56,535 nt of DNA, taken from assembly GCA_027064125.1 (NCBI GenBank), contig JAMOQF010000055.1, positions 1-56,535 of the forward strand, read 5' to 3'. This DNA comes from Acidobacteriota bacterium. GTDB lineage: Bacteria > Acidobacteriota > JAAYUB01 > JAMOQF01. The notes under the pieces were generated by a model. It saw only the letters and a program-made list of their open reading frames with translations. It was not told the origin of the DNA and searched no databases. Below, piece after piece: positions 18,660-28,230 of the stretch; position 1 is the first letter of the stretch; each line of letters starts with the position of its first letter. A program made the translations under genes and the position numbers.

Positions 18660-20975
18660 TGGGGGGCTAAAAGGTGTCAGGCAAGATCTGGATAAAAATG
18701 ATAAAAAGAAAAGGTGTTAAGCTAAGATAATCGAATTCCTCCCATAATCCCCACCAATTGATTTGTAGGAAAGAAAGAAAAAGATTGAAAGTTCAGGAAA
18801 TTCAGGAAAATTCAAGATTTAGGGAAAGAAAAAATGGTGTCAGGCAAGTAGTAAAAAAAGAAGGTGGGTAGGGACAGACCTGAACTTGGGAAAAAATTTT
18901 AAAAAGTATCAGGCAGAAATACCCCCCACAATCCCTACCGTGGGTTTATAGAGAGGAAAGAGAAAGGTTTTTTCTTTTTTGTATGGCACTATTTGTTTTC
19001 AGAAATTTTTAGAAGCTTTTGAGGGAGGTAAATGAGAAAACAGATTAAATATTGGCAGAGTTAATAATTTTTTGGCAAAAGCAATGATTAAAGTAAGTCC
19101 CTTTTTCATCCTATAAACCCTTAAGGGGGTGTTAGGGGTAGGCAAATTAAAAATAAATTAAAGAAATGGATGGGGACAGACCTGAATTTGAGGAATTTGA
19201 GAAATGAATTTAAGAATTAGAATTAAAGGTGTCAGGCAAAATTTTAGATAAAAAGTGTCAGTCAGAAATTTAAATGGCATTTAGGGTAGGCAAACATAGG
19301 AAAAACTCAAAACCGGCAGTCACTTAAAATTTTCTGGCAGAAATCAAGCAATTAAGGCAAACCATTTTTTTCTTTCTATAAGCCTTTAGGGGGCATTTAG
19401 GGTGGGTAAGTAAAAAAAAGAAAATGGAAGAGGGGACAGACCTAAAAATGAGAAATGTCATGTAAAATTAAAAGGTGTCAGGCTAATAGGTAATAGGTAG
19501 AAAGTTTAAAATCTTCTGGCAGAGACTGACAATTAAGATTAACCCTTTTTATCCTATAAACCTTCAGGAGGTATTCAGGAGATGGCAAATAGGATAACAA
19601 ATTAAAATCTTAGAAAGATAAAGTCTTCTGGCAAAGATCAAACAACTAAGCAAAATCTCTTATCCTCCTATCAGCCTTTAGTGGGCATTTGTGGTGGTAA
19701 ACAAAAGAAAAACTTAAAACTGGCGATGACTCTAAATTTTTTAGTAAAAGTCAAGGATTTAAAAAATCCTTTTTTCCTTCTACAAACTTTTAGGAGGACT
19801 TTAAGAATGGAAGAGCGGAAGAGGAAACAGACCTGAGTTTAAGAATAAATTTAAAAAAAATATCAGGCAAATAAGTAGGACAAGTAAGACAGGTAAGTAA
19901 GTAAAAAAAAGAGAAGATGGGTAAAGGTGGGTAGGGACAGACCTGAAGACCTGAAGATAAGATTAAAAAAGGTGTCAGGCAAAGTTTGGAAAATTTGGAA
20001 TTTGGGAAATGGTGTCAGGCTAAAAGGCTGAAAAGCGTCTGACCCCCTCACAATCCCCACCATGGGTTTATAGAAAAGACAAGAAGAATTAAAGATTTAG
20101 AATTTTGTTCCAGTCAAAAAATCTAAGAATTTAAAAAGAATTTAAGTGGACTTTAAGGAAGACAAATAAAAAAAATCAAATTTTGGCAAAAAGAAATTTC
20201 TTTAGCAAAAGGCAACAATTAAGTTCATCCCTTTACTTTCCTATAAACCTTCAGGGGGCTTTCAAAGTGGACAAGCAAAAAGCAAATTAAATTCAGCTAA
20301 ATAAAATTTTTTAGCAGAAATAAAATGATTAAAATTTTTTGAAAAAACCAGGTGATTAAAGAATAATTCTTTTTGTCTTCTATAAATTTTTTTGGATAGG
20401 CTAAAAAGGTGTCAGGCAAATAAGTGAAAAATAAGTAAATAAATAAGGAAATAAGTAAGGTAAGTAAGTAAAGAGAAAGTGTCAGGCAAAAAATTTAGGC
20501 GGCATTTGGAGAGGCAAGAAAAAATACCTAAAACTGGCAATAACTTAAAATCTTCTGGCAGAAATCAAACAATTAAAGTAAAACCATTTTCTTCTCTATC
20601 AGCCTTTAAGGGGCTTTTGGGGTTGGCATGCAAAAAATAAACTAAAAACTGGCAATAACTTAAAATCTTCTGGCAGGGACAAACAATTAAAGAAAAATCC
20701 CTTTTCTTCTCTACAAACCTTCAGGGGGTATTTAGGGGAGGCAAGTAGGAAAAGAAATTGAATTCTGACAGGAGTGATAAAGTCTTCTGGCAAAAGTCAG
20801 GCAACGAGGAAAGCGCAGAAAAGTTTTTGTATCTCTTTTTAAAAGACAAAAATTTAAAGGCTTTCCTCAATGAGTTTAAGATTTTCTTCTTCTACCCTGA
20901 AAGGAGATGTTTCAAGAGCCTTACACAATTAAGTTGACATTATCAAACCTTGCACAATTAACTTTACATTACCCT
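18660..20975 (+). repeat. Intergenic mosaic repeat locus R3: the largest array, ~2.3 kb and gene-free
   Basis: At least 11 GTGTCAGGC(A/T) words (18673, 18836, 18906, 19238, 19255, 19474, 19860, 19971, 20011, 20408, 20480). Five GGGACAGACCTGA words (18871, 19172, 19432, 19823, 19934). About 12 full or truncated units, with heads at 19111, 19376, 19554, 19668, 19780, 20241, 20380, 20596 and 20711. Inverted unit heads at 18739, 18922 and 20043. Confidence 0.85.
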
Positions 20976-21093
20976 TTTTTCCTTTATTGGAATATTTTGT
21001 CAATTATATGAAAAGTATGAAAATATACATTTAGGTTAAAAATGGTTGTGTATATAGAATCTCAAAAAGTTTTTAATGGGAATTTAAGGAGTA

Positions 21094-21567
21094 TTATTTA
21101 AACAATTTTTCAACAGATAGAACTTTATAATATTTTACACTTTTTGGTAATTTAACTTCAGCAGTTCTACCAACTTTTGTGTTTAGAAGTCCTTTGGCAA
21201 GGGGTGCATTTATAGATATGACTTCTATCCCTTCCCATTCATCAAATTCTCCAAGAATGGCAAATTCCATCTCTTCCCCTGTATCTTTATCCAGTACCCT
21301 TACTTTTTTACCTATTGTTACGATATTATCAGGTAGATCCATTTCCTCAATCAATGCCACATTTGCAAGTCTCTCTCTAATTTTTAACTCTTCAATTGCG
21401 AGCATTTCCTTTCTCTCTTTTGCTGCGTCATATTCAGCATTTTCTGATAAATCTCCATAAGATGCTGCAATTTGAAGGTCTTTTGCCACACTATATTTTT
21501 CCTTTTGTATATCTTGAAGTCTTTTTTGAAATTTTTCATATGTTTTTTTTGTCATATATATGGGCAT
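21094..21567 (-). CDS. greA: Transcription elongation factor GreA
   Basis: N-terminal coiled coil plus DLSENAEYDAAKE and a C-terminal FKBP-like domain. Start placed at ATG 21565-21567 (MPIYMTKK), with GGGAG 6 nt upstream. Confidence 0.9.
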   Translation of the reverse strand: MPIYMTKKTYEKFQKRLQDIQKEKYSVAKDLQIAASYGDLSENAEYDAAKERKEMLAIEELKIRERLANVALIEEMDLPDNIVTIGKKVRVLDKDTGEEMEFAILGEFDEWEGIEVISINAPLAKGLLNTKVGRTAEVKLPKSVKYYKVLSVEKLFK

Positions 21568-21568
21568 A

Positions 21569-22078
21569 TTATTCTCCCGATTCACTTAAAATTTTTAAAA
21601 ATGAAGATTTCACTTTTTCATAGGTTGTTTTAAGATCTTCTGGAATTATTCTCGTTTCACCTATTATTGTCACCATATTTGAATCTCCAGTCCATCTTGG
21701 TACAACATGCATGTGTAAATGATCTGCAACCCCTGCTCCTGCACATCGCCCCTGATTGAAACCTATATTGAATCCTTCTGGATTGTAAACCTCGACAAGT
21801 GCCCTCTGGAGTGTTTTTGTGAGTTTAAACATTTCTATGCCTTCTTCATCTTTAAGAAGAGAAAATTCGGCAAAGTGTCTGAAGGGTACCACCATGGAAT
21901 GTCCGTTGGTATATGGAAATCTATTTAAAATGATAAAATTAAACTTCCCTCTATAGACAATTAGATTTTCTTCATCGTTATTCTCAGATGGTATTTTACA
22001 AAAAATACACTCATCCCCTTTGTTGCTACTTGCATTTTTGATGTATTGGTATCTCCAGGGAGTCCATAAATAATCCAT
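21569..22078 (-). CDS. HIT-family (histidine triad) nucleotide hydrolase/transferase
   Basis: Histidine triad HLHMHVVPR, with upstream NRFPYTNGH. Confidence 0.9.
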   Translation of the reverse strand: MDYLWTPWRYQYIKNASSNKGDECIFCKIPSENNDEENLIVYRGKFNFIILNRFPYTNGHSMVVPFRHFAEFSLLKDEEGIEMFKLTKTLQRALVEVYNPEGFNIGFNQGRCAGAGVADHLHMHVVPRWTGDSNMVTIIGETRIIPEDLKTTYEKVKSSFLKILSESGE

Positions 22079-22079
22079 T

Positions 22080-22355
22080 TTAATTATTTACAATCTCCTT
22101 TAGTTCTTTACCGGGTTTAAATTTAACAACCTTTTTTGCAGGGACGTGTACTTTTTCCCCTGTTTTGGGATTTCTTGCAATTTTTTCCTTCTTCTCTTTT
22201 ACATTAAAAACTCCAAATCCTCTAATTTTAATGCTTTCTCCCTTTGAAAGGGAATTTGTAATGGCATCCAAAATGAGATTAACCGCTTCGGTACTTTCTT
22301 TATAGGTTATGTTCATTTTTTCAGCGATAATTTTAATAAGTTCCAATTTTGTCAT
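22080..22355 (-). CDS. HU/IHF-family DNA-binding protein
   Basis: MTKLELIKIIAEK...RGFGVFNVKEKKEKIARNPKTGEKVHVPAKKVVKFKPGKELK is the canonical HU fold sequence. Confidence 0.95.
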   Translation of the reverse strand: MTKLELIKIIAEKMNITYKESTEAVNLILDAITNSLSKGESIKIRGFGVFNVKEKKEKIARNPKTGEKVHVPAKKVVKFKPGKELKEIVNN

Positions 22356-23980
22356 TAATTTTCCTCCTTACTCATACTTGAAATTTGTTTTTTAATCCTT
22401 TCACTGAGCGGTATATTTAATTCCTTTGTAGTTACAGCGATCTTTCTTTCTGCAAGATTCATATTTTTTATTTTTACTTTTATATTATCTCCCACTTTAT
22501 ATTCTTCCAGGGCCTTCTCAAGTTCTGAATTGTGACAAAGGGCTTCAATGCCATCATCTAACTTGATAAAAAGTCCGAAATTAGTTATATTTGTAATTTT
22601 CCCTTCTAATATATCTCCTTCAGTATAATTTGCAAAAAAGTTTTCCCACTTTTTTGATTCATGTTTTTTTAAACCAAGTGTTAATTTGTGTTTGTATGGG
22701 TTTATGTGAATTATTGAAACTTCTATCTTTTCTCCTATGTTTAAATTTTTTAATTCCTCTTCTGGGATGGAAGATACTTTTAAAGTCCCCAATATTTTAG
22801 GTTCAAGTTCCACTATTATTTCTGAGGAATTTATTTCTCTCAAAGTTCCTTCTAAGGTGGAAAATTTCTTATGCCTTTTTGCAAAATCAAACCAGGGGTC
22901 CCTTTTGGCTCTTTTTATGCTCAGTGAAATTTTTCTGTGATTTTTATCAATTCCCATTATTTTTACATTCACTTTATCGCCAATTTTAAATATTTCTGAT
23001 GGGATTTCCACCTTTTCCCATGAAATTTCGCTCTTATGAACGAGTCCTTCAATTCCTTCTTCAAGTTCCACAAAGATTCCATAATCTTCAAAGGATTTAA
23101 TTTTACCTTCTACAATTGTTCCCTGAGGATATTTTACATCTGCATTTTGCCATGGATCAGGGGTTAGTTGCTTGTATCCGAGACTCACTTTTCCTTCAAC
23201 CTCATCGTAGTGAAGGACCATTACATTGATTGTTTCTCCTATTTTAAAAAAATCTGCTGGATGTTTGACCCTTCCCCAAGAAATATCTGTTTTGTGTAGC
23301 AATCCGTCCACTCCACCTAAATCTAAGAAAACACCATATTCAGTTATATTTTTAATGTATCCCTTTACTATATTTCCGGGATAGAGATCTTCCTTAGAAG
23401 TTAGATTGATGTGATTATTTTCAATGAATTCCTTTTGAGATACAACAATATTTTTCTTTTCTTCATTAATATTTAGGATTTTAAGTTTTATTTCTCTTCC
23501 TATTGCACTTTTAGGATTTTTTATGAATAGGGGATCTGCCAAAGAACCGGGGAGAAATGATGGGATTCCTATGTCTACTATAAATCCCCCTTTTATCATT
23601 CTTACTATTTTTCCAGAAATAGGCCTTTCATCCATCATGTTCTTGATCAATTTTTTGATTAATTCTTTTTCTAAAATTTCTCTTCTTGAGAGAATGACAT
23701 GTTGCTCATCCGATGGAATTGCTTCAATTTTTACTTCAATTTCATTTCCAATTTTCCTTTCTTCTTGAGCAACTTGTTCAATTGGAAGTTTGCCTTCTGT
23801 CTTATATCCCAGATCTATCAGGCAATGGTCTTCCAATATTTCCACAATGGTTCCCTTTACAATATCTCCCTTTTTGAAATACATGGAACCGGGTGAAAAC
23901 ATTTCAAGTAGTTTACTAAATTCCTCACTACCATTTTCTTCATTTTTGAAGAAGGGAGAACCTAAAAATCTTTTTTCCAT
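22355..23980 (-). CDS. rpsA: 30S ribosomal protein S1 (six S1 domains)
   Basis: Repeated G.(I/V)V.G.V..I...G.F(V/I).L..G(I/V).GL.H.S(E/D)IS S1-domain pattern over 541 aa. Confidence 0.9.
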   Translation of the reverse strand: MEKRFLGSPFFKNEENGSEEFSKLLEMFSPGSMYFKKGDIVKGTIVEILEDHCLIDLGYKTEGKLPIEQVAQEERKIGNEIEVKIEAIPSDEQHVILSRREILEKELIKKLIKNMMDERPISGKIVRMIKGGFIVDIGIPSFLPGSLADPLFIKNPKSAIGREIKLKILNINEEKKNIVVSQKEFIENNHINLTSKEDLYPGNIVKGYIKNITEYGVFLDLGGVDGLLHKTDISWGRVKHPADFFKIGETINVMVLHYDEVEGKVSLGYKQLTPDPWQNADVKYPQGTIVEGKIKSFEDYGIFVELEEGIEGLVHKSEISWEKVEIPSEIFKIGDKVNVKIMGIDKNHRKISLSIKRAKRDPWFDFAKRHKKFSTLEGTLREINSSEIIVELEPKILGTLKVSSIPEEELKNLNIGEKIEVSIIHINPYKHKLTLGLKKHESKKWENFFANYTEGDILEGKITNITNFGLFIKLDDGIEALCHNSELEKALEEYKVGDNIKVKIKNMNLAERKIAVTTKELNIPLSERIKKQISSMSKEEN

Positions 23981-24134
23981 AAAAAACCTTGTGTTAATAA
24001 AATAAAATAAGTTTATACATTATGATGTGAGTATGTGTCAAGAATTAACCTCCATTTAAATTTTTATTTACTTTTTTGAACTTTACTTGAAAATTTAAAT
24101 CTTAAAATATATATTTGTAAAAGAGGTGAAAACT

Positions 24135-25487
24135 ATGAAAAAAATATTTACATTAATTTTTCTTTTAACTTTTTTCTCCCTTTTTATTTCTTCCAAAGAA
24201 GTTAACAGGGATTTTAATCAGGGGGAATCCCTTTCAATTTTCGTAGTAAAGATTGAGGGAAGAGGTGTTCTAAGTAATAAATTAAATGGTAAAAATTTAA
24301 TTGTGAAAAACATGCCTGTGTTAAAGGGAGATGAAATTTCTATTAAAAAAGGGGCTTTTGTTGAATTGATGGATTCCATGGGTAATTTATATAGAGTTGG
24401 AGGGACAAAGAGTAAAGTAAAATTTTATCGGATAGATAAAAAAAGAGTGGAGATTGAACTCAAAAAGGGAAATATATTTGTGAACAAGAATACAAATGCT
24501 CTTCTTATGATTAAGTGTGGGAAGGGAATAGTTGCTTCTTCTGGTGGGAGCAGATTTTTGGTGGAAAAAGATAAAGGTGGAAATAACATCTATTGTTTTG
24601 TTGGACCTGTCTTAATTAAAAGTAAAAATGAAGAAAAAAGGTTATATGAGCCAAGAAGTGCCGAAATTTATGGAGATAAAATAAGGATTTTTAAAACAAA
24701 TGATTATAAAAACAATCCACTTTATAGATGGTCAGACAAAAGGGATTCGGAGATAAACAATAAAATAAGTATGAGATATCTTGCTTTTAAAGATGTAAAT
24801 CCAGTTATTTTATATGAACTTTCCCACTATGGGAATTGGGTGAAACATCCCAGATGGGGGTATGTGTGGGTTCCCAATAAAATACCATCTGATTGGCATC
24901 CCTATTCCTATGGAAGATGGTATAGTGTAGGTAGAGATACCAATATGGTTTGGATTTCAGCAGAGCCCTGGGGATATGTGTATTATTGTGGAAATTGGGC
25001 ATACGATAGTGAATATGGCTGGGTGTTAATTCCATCAAGAATAAATAGGCCAATGTTTGATATGGCCAGGGATGTGTGCTGGTTTTTTGATGGTGATTAT
25101 GTATTCTGGATGTGGAAGGGATTTTTGAAAAATCGGGAATTAACTCAGTTTAAGATTTCCAGAAATTATGTGTCTGGCATGAGATTAAGAGATTTTTTAA
25201 TGGGTAAAATTGCCAATAAGAACAGGGTAAAAAATTCCTTGAGAAGGTTTTCATCTTCTAAAATAAGACCTTCCAGATTGATTTTCAATGAAAGGGAACT
25301 TTTTAGGAGAATTTCAAATTCCAATTTTGTGAGAAGGAATCATTATGGAGGTTATTTTTCACCATCAATTGGTAAAGGGTCTTCTGGAGTGGGTGCTGGA
25401 AGTGGAAGTGCTGGAGGTTTTAGGGGATCTTTTCACGGTTCAACAGGAACTGGTAATGTGGGAAGAAGGGGGCCCAAAAAAAACTAA
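24135..25487 (+). CDS. Secreted FecR-like / Trp-Tyr-Gly repeat (DUF6600-like) protein with a glycine-rich tail
   Basis: Signal peptide MKKIFTLIFLLTFFSLFISS. A FecR-like beta region (VLKGDEISIKKGAFVELMDSMGNLYRV). YGNWVKHPRWGYVWVPN...WHPYSYGRW...WGYVYYCGNWAYDSEYGWVLIP repeats. C-terminal GSSGVGAGSGSAGGFRGSFHG. ATG 24135 follows AGAGGTG. Confidence 0.5.
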   Translation: MKKIFTLIFLLTFFSLFISSKEVNRDFNQGESLSIFVVKIEGRGVLSNKLNGKNLIVKNMPVLKGDEISIKKGAFVELMDSMGNLYRVGGTKSKVKFYRIDKKRVEIELKKGNIFVNKNTNALLMIKCGKGIVASSGGSRFLVEKDKGGNNIYCFVGPVLIKSKNEEKRLYEPRSAEIYGDKIRIFKTNDYKNNPLYRWSDKRDSEINNKISMRYLAFKDVNPVILYELSHYGNWVKHPRWGYVWVPNKIPSDWHPYSYGRWYSVGRDTNMVWISAEPWGYVYYCGNWAYDSEYGWVLIPSRINRPMFDMARDVCWFFDGDYVFWMWKGFLKNRELTQFKISRNYVSGMRLRDFLMGKIANKNRVKNSLRRFSSSKIRPSRLIFNERELFRRISNSNFVRRNHYGGYFSPSIGKGSSGVGAGSGSAGGFRGSFHGSTGTGNVGRRGPKKN

Positions 25488-25565
25488 ATATTTCAAAATT
25501 TTTGTAAACTTATCGTAAAAATATACGATAATATAGTTTAAAAAAATAAGTTAGGAGGATTTAAA

Positions 25566-25892
25566 ATGGATATAGGAAACATTGGAGGAGTTACTCAAAC
25601 TTTTACCTTACAGGACATATCAAATATTACTAAACCGAAGACGAGTGGATGGAGCAAATTTAAATCTGTTCTGGGTGGAATAGCAGGGGCTGTTTCTTCT
25701 TTTATTCCTGGCGGTAGTTTAATAAGTGGACTCCTTGGATCTTCAAGTGGTGTTACACCATTTGACCAACAGTGGGAGTTGCTTCAGCAACAGTATCAGA
25801 TTCAGCAGGAATCGCAGATGTTCAATATGCTTTCAAATATTTCTAAGACAAGACATGAAGCCTGTATGTCAGCAATTAGAAATATGAAATAG
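25566..25892 (+). CDS. Small hypothetical protein: Gly-zipper hydrophobic segment plus a Q-rich helix
   Basis: Strong AGGAGG RBS 7 nt upstream. VLGGIAGAVSSFIPGGSLISGLLGSSSG, then ELLQQQYQIQQESQMFNMLSNISKTRHEACMSAIRNMK-COOH. Confidence 0.55.
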   Translation: MDIGNIGGVTQTFTLQDISNITKPKTSGWSKFKSVLGGIAGAVSSFIPGGSLISGLLGSSSGVTPFDQQWELLQQQYQIQQESQMFNMLSNISKTRHEACMSAIRNMK

Positions 25893-25913
25893 AGATTTTT
25901 AAAGGGCGATAAA

Positions 25914-26303
25914 ATGAAGATAGATCCAGATTTAAATAAAATCACTTCCATTTTAAGTGAGAATATTAAAGATGAAAAGTTGGAAAATATTGAGAAAAAG
26001 GCTGGCACCTTTTCGGAAAAATTGGATGTAAGTAAAACATCTGAAACAGATTTAAGTGAAGTAGAAAAACTTGAAGAGAGGCTGAAAAAGATTGTCAAAG
26101 ATGAAATTGGAAAAGATGGCGCGGTTAACTATGAAAAGGTAACAAATAAGATTTTATCTGAATTGATACTTGATATATTTCCATCCATATCCAGCAATAA
26201 TGGACTAAAAGAAAAAATAATAAAGGATGTATTTCAATTTATTAATGATGATCCAACTTTAAAGGAATATTTCAGAAAATATATTGAGAAATTAAAAATT
26301 TGA
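25914..26303 (+). CDS. Small acidic helical hypothetical protein
   Basis: 129-aa ORF 21 nt downstream of the previous gene. Lys/Glu-rich, with no recognised motif. Confidence 0.5.
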   Translation: MKIDPDLNKITSILSENIKDEKLENIEKKAGTFSEKLDVSKTSETDLSEVEKLEERLKKIVKDEIGKDGAVNYEKVTNKILSELILDIFPSISSNNGLKEKIIKDVFQFINDDPTLKEYFRKYIEKLKI

Positions 26304-26316
26304 TAGATAATATTCT

Positions 26317-27393
26317 GTGATAAGTTTAATTGAAAAGGTAGTTATAGAAAAGGATTCTCTGGAAAGTTCTGTGGGGAGAAATTTAATCTCTTTTTTCCCA
26401 CGGGAAAAAATATTGATTGTTAATGACTTTGAAGATTTTGAATTTAATAAAACCCACTGGCATATTATTTGTAGACGGGGGAAGGGAAATTTTTTAAAGG
26501 ATTGTCCCTGCACACCAAATTATAGGGGTTGTAATTATAAAGTTTTAAATTTAATTTACAATTGCTATCTCTCCTGCACCTATTGTATTTTGCAGAGTTA
26601 CCTGGGAGGAAAAATCATTACTATTTTTTCAAATTATGAAGATGTTTTTAAAGAAATTGAATTTTATCTTGAAAATAGAAAGGGATCCCTTATAAGGTTT
26701 GGTACAGGTGAACTCTCTGACAGTCTTTTTTTAGACAATATTACTGGAATTTCTAAGAACCTCATGGAGTTTTTTTCCACAAAGAAAAATGGTGTAATTG
26801 AGTTAAAGACAAAGACTGTGAAAATAGATCATCTACTGGGTGTTAAACACAACGGAAGAACCGTTTTTGCCTGGTCTTTAAATCCTGTGGAGATAGCATT
26901 GAGTGAGGAAAAATTATCTCCCCATCCATATCTTAGGATTGAAGCTGCTAAAAGGGCTCAGGAAAGTGGGTTTTTTGTGGCATTTCATTTTGATCCAATA
27001 ATCTATTATGATGGTTGGCTTGAAGGATACTCAAGTATTATTTCTAAACTTGGGAGGGAATTGGATCCCGAAAAGGTTGTCTGGATAAGTATGGGATCTC
27101 TCCGATTTATGCCTTCACTACTTGAGTTTGTGGAAAGGGAGTATCCAGATTCTAAAATTTTCTATAATGAATTTATAATAGGACTTGATGGTAAAAGAAG
27201 GTATTTTCTTCCACTGAGAAAAAAAATGTATAAAGTGATTTTTTCAAAGTTGAAAGATGTTTTCCCCGATGTTCCCATATATTTTTGTATGGAAAGTGAT
27301 GATTTATGGGAAGAGATAATAGGTTTTAGACCTAAAAGTGATGAAGAAGTTGGTGAGTATGTTGTGGGAAAAATTAAGAGGATTCTCTTTTAG
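26317..27393 (+). CDS. Spore-photoproduct-lyase-family radical SAM protein
   Basis: CPCTPNYRGCNYKVLNLIYNCYLSCTYCILQSYL contains the CxxxCxxC cluster in the context typical of SplB-like enzymes (...C..SC.YCILQ.Y). GTG start. Confidence 0.8.
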   Translation: MISLIEKVVIEKDSLESSVGRNLISFFPREKILIVNDFEDFEFNKTHWHIICRRGKGNFLKDCPCTPNYRGCNYKVLNLIYNCYLSCTYCILQSYLGGKIITIFSNYEDVFKEIEFYLENRKGSLIRFGTGELSDSLFLDNITGISKNLMEFFSTKKNGVIELKTKTVKIDHLLGVKHNGRTVFAWSLNPVEIALSEEKLSPHPYLRIEAAKRAQESGFFVAFHFDPIIYYDGWLEGYSSIISKLGRELDPEKVVWISMGSLRFMPSLLEFVEREYPDSKIFYNEFIIGLDGKRRYFLPLRKKMYKVIFSKLKDVFPDVPIYFCMESDDLWEEIIGFRPKSDEEVGEYVVGKIKRILF

Positions 27394-27396
27394 TTT

Positions 27397-28230
27397 TTAT
27401 AGTGCTTTTATTTTTTCCACTACTTCTTTTATGAGATAATCTGGTGTTGATGCTCCTGCTGAAATTCCCACGGTTTTACAGTTTTTAAACCATTCTTCCT
27501 TTATGTTTTTGGCAGATTCAACTTGATATGTATTTGGGTTTAACCCCCTGGAAATTTCAGTTAACCTCCTGGTATTTGCACTTGTAAATGATCCCACAAT
27601 TATCATCACATCATTTTCAAGGGGCATTTTTCTAATTTCATCCTGATGATCCTGGGTGGGTTTGCAGATTGTATTTATAAACCTCAATTCTTTTGTTATT
27701 GTTACAAGCTTTGAAAGTATCCCTTTAACTTTTTCAATATTTTGTGTTGATTGGACCACTACACCAATTTTTTTGAATTTTTTTCCTATTTTTTTAACTT
27801 CATGGGGATTTTCAATAACTATTGGGTTTTTCGATTGTGCTGCTATTGCCTTTACTTCATCGTGGTTGTGGTCACCTATTACAACAATTTGATAATTTTC
27901 AGATTCAAGTTTTTTTACTATTTTATGAATTTCAAGCACCATGGGACATGTTGCATCTACTATTTTTAACCCCTTTTCCTTTGCTCTTTCATATATTTCA
28001 GGTACTGTGCCATGTGCCCTCAATAGGAGAACGCCACTATTTATTTTTTCTATTGAATCCACAACCTTTATGCCTGCTTTTTTAATTTGTTCCACCACAA
28101 ATTCATTGTGAACTATATCTCCCAACATGTATACATCGTTTTTTTCTTCTCTTGCCGTTTTTAAAGCAATCTCAATGGCTCTTTTAACACCAAAACAAAA
28201 TCCTGCACTTTTTGCAACTTTAATTTTCAT
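27397..28230 (-). CDS. ispH: 4-hydroxy-3-methylbut-2-enyl diphosphate reductase
   Basis: MKIKVAKSAGFCFGVKRAIEIA, ATCPMV and the conserved third Cys region, typical of IspH/LytB. Confidence 0.95.
   Translation of the reverse strand: MKIKVAKSAGFCFGVKRAIEIALKTAREEKNDVYMLGDIVHNEFVVEQIKKAGIKVVDSIEKINSGVLLLRAHGTVPEIYERAKEKGLKIVDATCPMVLEIHKIVKKLESENYQIVVIGDHNHDEVKAIAAQSKNPIVIENPHEVKKIGKKFKKIGVVVQSTQNIEKVKGILSKLVTITKELRFINTICKPTQDHQDEIRKMPLENDVMIIVGSFTSANTRRLTEISRGLNPNTYQVESAKNIKEEWFKNCKTVGISAGASTPDYLIKEVVEKIKAL

Noticed and set aside
19863-20793. Track ORFs 19863..20063 (-) and 20599..20793 (-) inside repeat locus R3
   Set aside because: They are composed of repeat units, lack an RBS, have low-complexity translations and are not conserved between array copies. 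They are most likely chance ORFs.
25509-25531. AT-rich inverted repeat CTTATCGTA...TACGATAA(T) after the FecR-like gene, as a possible terminator
   Set aside because: The stem is almost entirely A/T and is not followed by a clean T tract. It is too weak to call.
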